64,000 bases of DNA, taken from assembly GCF_964213995.1 (NCBI RefSeq), contig NC_135814.1, positions 83,824,001 to 83,888,000 of the forward strand, written 5' to 3'. How positions within the stretch are numbered: position 1 is the stretch's first letter; every line of letters begins with the position of its first letter. This document shows positions 1 to 9,700 of this stretch, piece by piece. The notes beneath the pieces were generated by a model. It was given only the letters and a program-made list of their open reading frames with translations, was not told where the DNA came from and did not search any database. A program made the translations under genes and the position numbers. The DNA comes from Mustelus asterias. Its lineage: Eukaryota.

Positions 1-743
1 TAAATGTGGATTACAGGGTCAAAGGTAGGGTTCTGAAGACTGTGGAGGAACAGAGAGATCTTGGGGTCCATATCCACAGATCTCTAAAGGTTGCCAGTCA
101 AGTGGATAGAGCTGTGAAGAAGGCCTATAGTGTGTTAGCTTTTATCAACAGGGGGTTGGAGTTTAAGAGCCGTGGGGTTATGCTGCAACTGTACAGGACC
201 TTGGTGAGACCACATTTGGAATATTGTGTGCAGTTCTGGTCACCTCACTATAAGAAGGATGTGGAAGCGCTGGAAAGAGTGCAGAGGAGATTTACCAGGA
301 TGCTGCCTGGTTTGGAGGGTAGGTCATATGAGGAAAGGTTGAGGGAGCTAGGGCTGTTCTCTCTGGAGCGGAGGAGGCTGAGGGGAGACTTAATAGAGGT
401 GTATAAAATGATGAAGGGGATAGATAGAGTGAACGTTCAAAGACTATTTCCTCGGGTGGATGGAGCTATTACAAGGGGGCATAACTATAGGGTTCGTGGT
501 GGGAGATACAGGACGGATATCAGAGGTAGGTTCTTCACGCAGAGAGTGGTTGGGGTGTGGAATAGACTGCCTGCAGTGATAGTGGAGTCAGACACTTTAG
601 AAACATTTAAGCGGTTATTGGATAGGCACATGGAGCACACCAGGATGATAGGGAGTGGGATAGCTTGATCTTGGTTTCAGATAAAGCTCGGCACAACATC
701 GTGGGCCGAAGGGCCTGTTCTGTGCTGTACTGTTCTATGTTCT
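1..743 (+). mobile_element. 3' end of CR1 LINE (variant A') in intron 2 of g1
   Basis: ORF 6..668 is the CR1 ORF2 C-terminus ([31 protein letters not shown]). It is followed by a short 3' UTR with a GGGCC-GAAG-GGCCT hairpin and a (TGTTCTA)n tail. Confidence 0.95.
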
Positions 744-1066
744 AATAGACATTCTATCCAATTGCAATATTCTATTACTCAGTGAGGTAGAAAGACCATC
801 AGTTCCCAATGTGGAACAGAAATTAACATTAATATGAAAATAAATCTGTAAGGCCCAACTGGAATCCAGCCTGAAAATAATGTTCGAAAGAGTTCACCAT
901 TTTTTGTAACACTTTGAAGGAGGGATGCATGGGAATTTAGTCAACAGATAATGAATTCAATTGTTCAGTAATATCATTTGCAACTCTTCATATCCTCCCT
1001 GCTCCACAGAAGGCTGCCTTTCTAATTGTTAAGTCCATTACACATGTGGTGTTATTTCTATTCCAG

Positions 1067-1342
1067 TACCGAGGTGCAAACTACAGAATGAAGATTTACG
1101 AAAGGCCTGACTTTGGGGGACAGATGATGGAATTCATGGATGACTGTCCCTCTGTCTACGATCGTTTCCGTCACCGTGACATTCACTCCTCCCATGTGAT
1201 GGACGGTTACTGGACCTTCTATGAACATCCCAACTACAGAGGCCGACAGTACTTCATGAGACCCGGTGAATACAAGAGATACAGTGACTGGGGCGGCGAC
1301 AACTCAACTATTGGATCTTTCAGACGCATGAGAGAATTCTAG
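1067..1342 (+). CDS. Gamma-crystallin g1, exon 3 only (exons 1-2 lie left of the window)
   Basis: TTCCAG acceptor, then [23 protein letters not shown]...[18 protein letters not shown]...[10 protein letters not shown] (Greek-key motifs 3-4). AATAAA at 1392-1397. Confidence 0.93.
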   Translation, partial: YRGANYRMKIYERPDFGGQMMEFMDDCPSVYDRFRHRDIHSSHVMDGYWTFYEHPNYRGRQYFMRPGEYKRYSDWGGDNSTIGSFRRMREF

Positions 1343-1589
1343 ATTGTTCTTGATAAATGTGATTCCTCTTTGCTGAAATATTATTGAAAATAATAAAACC
1401 TCCTGTCATTCACAGTCAAGGTTTTCGTTTATTTGTGGATTGCTGTGGAGATCATTAGAAATTTCCTGGAACTGAATTCTCATCTTCGCCATTTTACACC
1501 TGTAATCTCAGCTCATGAATATATCTCATCGGCAAAATGCAGATTTCGGAATAAACCTTGTCCATATCGTTAATAATTTAATATATTGA

Positions 1590-2935
1590 CTCAGTGAAAT
1601 TGAGAGGTTCATCCGAGTCTTCCAACTCTCCATCAATATGGGAATGGTGCCAGAGAACTGGAACATTGAAATTGTTTTTACAGAAAAATAATGTAAATCC
1701 AGCAGCTACGGTCTTGTCACCTTGTGGTGTGGGAGAACCTTTGCTAATATTGCCTGGGATCACATTTACAGTTATTTTGCCGAGTGTAGAGTAAGAAAAC
1801 TCAGCACGGACATGTTAAAGTCAAATCATGTTTATCTTTGGCAAAAGCTTTTGACAAAGGGTCACATGGACTCAAAACGTCAGTTATCTTCTTCCCTGCC
1901 AGACCTGATGAGATTTTCCAGCATTTTCTCTTTTCATTTCATGTTTATTTATTTTGTTTGGGCATTTATGATAAAATAGCGGATTGGATAGATGAGGGTC
2001 ATGTGGTTAATGTGGATTTCTAAAGGACAATTGATAAACTGCCACATATTCGGCATGTCGGCAAAATTGAAGCTAATGAAATATGAGGGAAAGCAGCCAC
2101 AAACTCACAAAGTTGGCTCAGTGACAGGAAACACGGAGTAATTGTGAATGATTACAGACAACCTGAAGCTATACAGTGGGTGTCCTGCATGGGAATCATA
2201 ACTTCTAGCAAGAAACTATACTTTGTTTTACAGGGCACAATTTCAAAAGACGCTGCTGACAAAAAACGTGGAGGTATTTTAAACTGTGAGGAAGATACAG
2301 ATAGACTTTAAGAACATAGAGAGAGGCTGGTGGAATGGGTGAACACATGGCCAAGACATTCAATGCAGAGAACTCTGAGTTGATTCATTTTGTTGGGAAG
2401 AGTGAATAGTGGCAATATAAAAGGAAGCACAATTCTGAAATGTTACACAAACTCACAGAGCTGGAGCCATATACACACACATCACTGAATTGAGCAAGTG
2501 GTTAAAAAGGCAGACGCGATCATTAGATTTCGAAAAAGAGGAATGGAAAATAAAGGCAAGAACTTTTTGATGAATTGTTATAAAGCACTGTTTGGGTCTG
2601 AACTGAATTCTTATTTCCAATTCTACATAGCGAATTTAGGATGAAGGTAAAAGTTGTAACAATGGTGCAGAAAAGATTCAGGAGAGTTGTTTCAGGCATG
2701 AGGGCCTTCAGTTGGGTGGATAGATTAGAGAAGCTGGGATTGTTCTCCTGACAGAAGAGAAGGTTCAGAGATGATTTGATGGGTGTGTTTAAAGTTCTGA
2801 GGAGTCTGGACAAATTAAATAGAAAGGTGCTGTTTCCTTTGGTGGATGGGTTGAGAAACAGAGGACAACCATTTAAGGTGATTGGTAAAAGGAAACCAAC
2901 ATGATGAAAAGCATCGTAAATATTGATCTGTTTTG
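1590..2935 (+). mobile_element. Old decayed CR1 RT fragment in the spacer (repeated at about 11885-13230, 24138-25483, 36385-37730, 47944-49289; internally deleted copy about 55430-55925)
   Basis: Degenerate but collinear matches to the young CR1 RT in this window (ggaatggtgccagagaactgg, gtggatttctaaagg, agattagagaagctgggattgttctcc). Many stops and frameshifts. Ends approximate. Confidence 0.8.
1836..1938. mobile_element. 103-bp insertion within the old CR1 (also 12131-12233, 24384-24486, 36631-36733, 48190-48292); possibly a Penelope-like element fragment
   Basis: Flanked by a perfect 10-bp direct repeat TCATGTTTAT (1826-1835, 1939-1948). Removing it restores the CR1 KSCLTNL-type region. 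The family assignment is tentative. Confidence 0.6.
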
Positions 2936-3095
2936 CATTACTGGACAGCGTGTTAAAGGTTTCAAGAGAGAACTGTACAAGCACAGGAAGAGAAAAACTT
3001 TGCCATGCTTCATGGAATGAGTGAGGTTTGAGAACCATTCATGGTGCTCGAGCACCAACTGGCACCAATATGGTATCAAAATCTTTGGTGGTGGG

Positions 3096-3392
3096 TGATG
3101 CGCGATATAACACACGAGAGGCTGGATGTACTCGGGAAATAAAGGCTTTTATTGCCAACAATAACAGAGCTACTATATACAGTATATGATCCCAGACTAA
3201 AGGGTCACCAGGCAGAGCAGTGACCTTTATACCTCTCCCAGGAGGCGGAGCCAACTGGGGTGTACCATAGGACTATATTAACAGGTAGAACAGCCCAACC
3301 CTAACCCCAACAGTAAGATATCTACAGACTCATAGTACTGGCCAGACCATGGCTCAGCACTACCTGGTGGGAACCAACAATGGTTCACCACA
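3096..3392 (-). mobile_element. Solo LTR, 297 bp, unit 1
   Basis: TG...CA termini and a 5-bp TSD GTGGG (3091-3095, 3393-3397). On the minus strand, TATAAA (3226-3231) is followed by AATAAA (3148-3153). The empty site is seen in the unit-6 spacer at about 56079-56083. Confidence 0.85.
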
Positions 3393-3448
3393 GTGGGCAG
3401 TTCAATGACTGCATGAAATGAAGCAGAGATTAATGCCTATGTGTGTAC

Positions 3449-3468
3449 GAGAGAGAGAGAGAGAGAGA
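3449..3468. repeat. (GA)n microsatellite; n=10, 9, 10, 5, 10 in units 1-5
   Basis: Direct reading at 3449, 13744, 25997, 38244 and 49803. Confidence 0.85.
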
Positions 3469-4214
3469 TTGAAAATGTAGCTGTACCAATGATTGAGGAC
3501 CACCATTCCCCAGGTGTTAGAACTGGTACCATTAAATTATATTGTATACCAGTTAATTGGAAGAGAAAATAGAAACACAACTGGCTGAAATTTCAAATTG
3601 AATCAAGTTGTAATTGCAAATAATGAAGAACAAGTTGGTCACCTACAATGTCATGAGATTCGGGAAGTGTAATAAACATTGGAACTTTAAATTAACATAA
3701 TGTAGCAGAGGAAAGGATCTGGGTGTATTGGTGAATGGCAGTGCTGTGTCATGCAAGTACATCTTGGGTTATATTGCACATGGAACTGAAGACAAATCAC
3801 ACTGGCTGGAATGTTCATGGTTTGCAGGAGCTGCCTGACAGGAACATAGGAATGGAGGTCATAGGAGCAGGAGTAGGTCATGATCTGAACATAAATAGTG
3901 TCATTGCCGATAGAAAGATACTGAATGATACTGGTGCAATTGAGAAAGTCTCAAAGTTGCAAATACTCACTTTGTAACACCCGTTGAATTGCAAACACAT
4001 ATGTAGTTTATAAATGCATGAAGCTGACCAATTGAGGGAAAAATGATCGCCTCTAGACATTTAATGGCACTGAATTAATAAACCACCATTGTTTTGGTGG
4101 CTTGTCCGAGTCTCTCTCCGTCTGAGGCATTAATATCTGAATTTTATTTTGTTATGGAATTCAATGCCTGATAAGGTGATGGAAAGTACTTCCATAGTAA
4201 CCTTCAAGATCAGA

Positions 4215-5366
4215 GTGACACAGAGAAGCAGAATAAAAGGAGGAGGCTGTTTCGCCCCTCTGGCCAGTCCCACGTGGCTGCTCTGCACCCAATTGCCTTC
4301 ACCCATTATCTCTCAATACCTTTCGTTAACAAGAATCTATCAATCTCAGAATTAACATTTACAATAATCTAACTGCAATTGCTGTTTGTGGAAGAGATTC
4401 CCAATCTTCAGTCACCCTGTCTGACTCATTTTTTGTCCATGTCTGAAACTCTCTCAATACAATATGTTCCATCTATTTGTCCCACCTTTTCTGAATATCT
4501 TGAAAAATTCAATCAAATCACCCCTTAACCATCTCAATTGAAGGAATTAAAATCCTGCTAAGTATAATATCTCCGGGAGCCCAGGAATATTTCTGATGAA
4601 ATTATTATACAATCCCTTCAGGGCCAGTTCATTTCTCCTAGGATGTGGTGCTCAGATCATTCACAGTGGTCCATGTGAGGTTTAACTCAAGCTTTGTTAA
4701 TATGGAGCATGACTTTTCCCCACTTTTATTTATACCCTCTGGATATAAAGACCATCATTCCATTGGCATTTTAATGTATTCTCTACCTGTTGATAAAAAT
4801 TTAATGATCAAAAATATGGTTCCCAATTCTCCTTGGACTTCCGTTATTTCTAAATTTTTACCATATGGATCTCTACTTTCAGGTCCAAATTAAATCCCCT
4901 CACCTATATTGCCAATATTGAAATCCATTTGCCACAGGTTTTTCTATTTGCATAATCTATTAACTTGTATTTTCATGCTTCCATCAAGACTCCTTACAAT
5001 AATGCCTATCTTGCTGTCATTGGTAAACTTGAATATGTGGCTTTCTATGTCATCATCTCGGCTGTTAATAAATACTGTGAATAATTGAGGGTTCAAAACA
5101 AATTAAGAGATACCATGAGGTAGATCTTATCATTCTGAAGAACTGCCCATTATCCCTTCCCTCTTCTCCTGCCATTCAGTCATTGCCAAAGCAGGTCAAT
5201 AATTTGCCTTCCCTTGCCTGAACTTCAACTTCGGCGAACGGACTCTTTGAAGGGATTTTATTTAACGCTTTCTGGAAAACCAGATTGGTAAAATTCATCG
5301 ATATTTCCCAGTCCATTATCTTAGTCCCAGTTTCAAAACATTCAGTCAGATTGGTCAGGTATGACC
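4215..5366 (-). mobile_element. Old decayed CR1 fragment, minus strand (also about 14508-15659, 26763-27914, 38993-40144, 50554-51705, and twice in the unit-6 spacer)
   Basis: The reverse complement resembles the CR1 RT from the SCLTNL/DFQKAF region (ttaacgctttctggaaaacc) to the 3' end (EIDRLLLTKGIKG seen in ORF 57008..57199) and tail. Ends approximate. Confidence 0.75.
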
Positions 5367-6644
5367 AATGGATTCATGATGGAGGCATCTCCAGCAGATG
5401 TGTTTGCTTGAGAATATCTTGGCATCCCAAAACTCCAGCATTCCACTCTTCAGACAAATAAATTACGCTGCTATGTCTCAAATCGCCATATTTATTTAAT
5501 TAATTAATGTGTATATTCAATGACTATCTGTTGTGATATCAGATTGTTTAACTCGCTTAGCTATAAATTTGGTGTATTACATGTACTTTTTTCCAGTCCT
5601 TGTTTAACCTCTTGCCGAAGTGTGAGGAAAACCAGACACTTTAAAACTCAACAATCACCAGCAATGCCTCTGAACCTCAGTTCTCAGGCCTCACTGACTC
5701 TTGCTCCCTCTATCAGACCAATCCTGGTTCTCTAAAGAAGCGGAACAGCACATCTTCCCCCACTGCGCCAAATTCACTCACTTACCACATTTCCGGAGTT
5801 CAGTAAGTACTCTGTCCAGTTGAACTTCATGCTACTTGTTTTGTTTGATTTATCAGCAACTGATAAGCCAACAGAATAAAACGTTACGACCATTTAACCT
5901 CCAAGCAAAAGAAAAACTTTCACCAGCGACCGGGGATGAAGGAAATGAATGCAAGATGACAGTGCCCTCTGTATGGAATGTCCACTTGTACCAAATATCT
6001 GACTTAGCACTGTGTCCACAAAGCATTCTGTTGCTCAATGTTCCTTGAATAGGATCACTCCAGATCTCCTTTTCACCATCAATGATTATTTTTTAAACCA
6101 CATTCTAAAAATGTCTTTGATCACGCTACCACTGGCCTTTCTATTTCTCTGTTTACTATTCCAAAATGCCTTCAGCTTAACTGAAACTTAGAAACTAATG
6201 AAAGGTCCCACACAACAAAGCGACACTGATTCAAATATGAATTCAATACGAACAATAAAATGTTAACAAATATCATCTATGAAATCAAATAGACACATGC
6301 AGTGATTAAAGCTTTATGGGCTTTGGAGCACAATGGGAAATCAGATAACACTGGCAGCCAATTATATAAAATGGTGTGAATAAAAAATAACTTGTTCAGG
6401 ATATATACATCTGCCTTGTGGCCAATTCTGGAGTCTACCGCAATCATTACATGGACAAATCGGAAACACACCTGATTGAATGTGCAGCATTAACTGTTGG
6501 GGAATTTCAGTGTAAATACAGTATCAGGAACACAATGAATACCAATGTCCTTTTGCCTTATTGACCCAACAATTAAAATGAGGTGAAGGCAAAAAACATT
6601 CAATTATACATAGGTTAAAATGGTTTTCTTTAGTGTATGTGATG

Positions 6645-6736
6645 TGTTTTGTTGCTTTTGTGCTGAGTTCAAACTATTGCGATCATTAAAATAACAAAAG
6701 TACAGCCCAGGGAGGCAATTCTGTCCAACGTATAAA
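6645..6736 (+). promoter_or_regulatory. Crystallin proximal promoter of g2: TATAAA 6731-6736, candidate SOX-type sites and a Maf half-site
   Basis: TATAAA lies 67 bp upstream of the ATG. TTTTGTT at 6647-6653, TGCTGA at 6661-6666 and AACAAAAG at 6693-6700 are retained in g2-g7. Factor assignment is inferred from known SOX/Maf control of gamma-crystallins. Confidence 0.65.
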
Positions 6737-6797
6737 TACCAAGCTGTGTGCAGCGGTGAAACATTCAGTCAGTTAGTCAGCTAACTCTGAGCTCAAA

Positions 6798-9700
6798 ATG
6801 GGAAAGGCAAGGATAAATCTGAGATATTATATTATAGTAGAACACTTCTTGCCAGATTTGACAAGTTATTAACTAATTATTCGGCCATTTTATCCACAGA
6901 TCATCTTTTACGAGGACAGGAACTTCCAGGGTCGGCACTATGAGTGCAGCACTGACTGTGCTGACCTGTCCCCTTACTTCAGTCGCTGTAACTCTGTCCG
7001 TGTGGACAGTGACTGGTGGGTGATGTATGAGAGACCCAATTACATGGGATACCAGTATGTTCTGAGCAGGGGAGATTATCCTGACTACCAGCGCTGGATG
7101 GGATTCAATGACAACATCAGGTCATGTCGCTCCTACCCAGACGTAAGTTTCCTTTGGTGACTTTTGCATGTAACCCGGATGGATGAGTGAAAAATGATAA
7201 GTAGTTGGGCAGTTGAGTTTCTTGATTTGAACTGAAGAAATCCTTAGCTGTTTTACCAATATTTTGTGTGTGGAGCATCTAAATATGCTTAATGTGAAAA
7301 TGATAACTCATACAAATCATTTTCTCAAATGTATATGGGGGAGGGGGAACAGTCACAAGTCGTGGTGCACGTCGGCACCAAAGACATAGGTAAGAGAGGG
7401 GACGGGGATTTAAAACAGGAATTCAGGGAGCTAGGGTGGAAGCTGAGAGCCAGGACAAAACAGGTTGTCATCTCTGGTACGTTGCCGGTGCCACGGGATA
7501 GCGAGTTGAGGAACAGGGAGAGAGTGCAGTTAAACACATGGATGCAGGGATGGTGTAGGAGGGAGGGTTTCAGTTATGTGGATAATTGGAACACTTTCTG
7601 GGGAAGGTGGGACCTGTACCAACAGGATGAGGTGCACCTGAACCAGCGGGGCACCAATACCCTGGGAGGGAAATTTGCTACAGCTCTTCGGGGGGGTTTA
7701 AACTAATTTGTCAGGGGGATGGGAAAAGGAGTTGTAGTCCGGAGGTCAGTGAGTGTAGTGAGGTACTGGGAAGGGTATCATGGTCAAAGGTGGGTACCAG
7801 CAGACAAGAAGGTGGGTTGAAGTGTGTCTACTTCAATGCAAGGAGCATCCGAAATAAGGTAGGTGAATTTGGGGTGTGGATTGGCACTTGGGACTACGAT
7901 GTTGTGGCCATTACGGAGACATGGATAGAACAAGGACAGGAATGGTTGTTGGAAATTCCGGGGTATAGATGTTTCAGTAAGTGTAGGGTAGCTGGTAAAA
8001 GAGGTGGAGGAGTGGCACTGTTAATCAAGGAGAGTGTAACGGCTGCAGAAAGGCATTTTGAAGGGGATCTGCCTACAGAGGTAATATGGGCTGAGGTTAG
8101 GAATAGGAAAGGAGCGGTCACGTTGTTAGGAGTTTACTATAGGCCCCCAAATAGTAATAGAGATGTGGAGCAAGAAATTGCTAAGCAGATTATGGATAGG
8201 TGTGGGGGTCACAGGGTAGTTGTCATGGGGGACTTTAACTTTCCAAATATTTATTGGAGCCTTTATAGGTCGAATAGCTCGGATGGGGCAGTTTTTGTGC
8301 AGTGTGTGCAGGAGGGGTTCCTGACACAATATGTGGATAAGCCGACAAGAGGTGGGGCCACATTGGATTTGGTAATGGGAAATGAGCCGGGCCAAGTGTT
8401 GGATTTGGTTGTGGGAGAGCACTTTGGAGATAGTGACCACAATTCAGTGTCTTTTGCTTTTGCAATGGAGAGGGAGAGGGAGAGGGCCATGCGGCAGGGC
8501 ATAGTTTACAATTGGGGGAGAGGTAATTATGATGCAATCAGGTGGGAATTAGGAAGCATAGGATGGGAACAAAAATTGTCAGGGAAAGGCACTAATGAAA
8601 AGTGGAACTTTTTCAAGGAACAAATACTACGTGTCCTTGATAGGTATGTCCCTGCCAGGCAGAGAGGAAATGGCCGAGTGAGGGAACCATGGTTCACAAA
8701 AGAGGTGGAATGTCTTGTCAAGAGGAAGAAGGAAGCATATGGAAGGTTGAGAAGACAAGGTTCAGTTGGCTCGATGGAGGGTTACAAGTTAGCAAGAAAT
8801 GAGCTGAAAAAGGGGCTTAGGAGAGCTAGGAGGGGGCATGAGAAGTCCTTGGCGGGTCGGATCAAGGAAAACCCCAAGGCTTTTTACTCTTATGTGAGGA
8901 ATAATATGTGAGGGGCGGCACGGTAGCACAGTGGTTAGCACTGCTGCTTCACAGCTCCAGGGGCCTGGGTTCGATTCCCGGCTCGGGTCACTATCTGTGT
9001 GGAGTTTGCACATTCTCCTCGTGTCTGCGTGGGTTTCCTCTGGGTGCTCCGGTTTCCTCCCACAGTCCAAAGATGTGCGGGTTAGGTTGATTGGCCATGC
9101 TAAAAATTGCCCCTTAGTGTCCTGAGATGCATAGGTTATAGGGAATAGTGGGTAAAATATGTAGGGGTGTGGGGGTAGGGCCTGGGTGGGATTGTGGTCG
9201 GTGCAGACTCGATGGGCCGATTGGCCTCTTTCTGTGCTGTAGGGTTTCTATGATTCTATGATTCTATGAATAAAAGAATGACCAGGGTGAGGTTGGGGCC
9301 GGTCAAGGACGGCAGTGGGAATTTGTGCATGGAGTCAGAAGAGATAGGAGAGGTGATGAATGAATACTTTTCTTCGGTGTTCACCAAGGAGAGGGGCCAT
9401 GTTTTTGAGGAAGAGAGGGTGTCACAGGCTGATAGGCTGGAGGAAGTAGATGTTCGGAGGGAAGATGTACGAGCAATTTTGAATAAACTGAAAGTTGATA
9501 AGTCCCCTGGGCCTGATGAAGTATATCCTAGGAGTCTTTGGGAGGAAAGGGATGAGATAGCAGAGCTTTTGGCATTGATCTTTGCGTCCTCACTGTCCAC
9601 GGGGGTGGTGCCAGAGGACTGGAGAGTGGCGAATGTGGTTCCTCTGTTTAAGAAAGGGAATAGAAATGACCCTGGTAATTACAGGCCGGTTAGTCTTACT

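Noticed and set aside
1046-1066. ORF-track N-termini MVLFLFQ / MMLFLFQ / MYICSF...FQ on the 98-107 aa crystallin ORFs
   Set aside because: These are translations of the intron-2 polypyrimidine tract and acceptor. The real exon starts after TTCCAG.
3293-3310. CCCAACCCTAACCCCAAC telomere-like motif
   Set aside because: Only one exact CCCTAA unit, inside the solo LTR. Not an interstitial telomere.
1578-6471. Short spacer ORFs (60-171 aa) recurring almost unchanged in each unit, e.g. 2523..3038(-)
   Set aside because: Recurrence reflects recent DNA duplication. They overlap decayed CR1/LTR sequence, have no recognisable domains, and several are broken in unit 6.
8913-8985. Possible tRNA gene (A and B boxes)
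   Set aside because: It is the tRNA-derived head of the SINE, continuing into the V-domain and LINE-like tail with a TSD.
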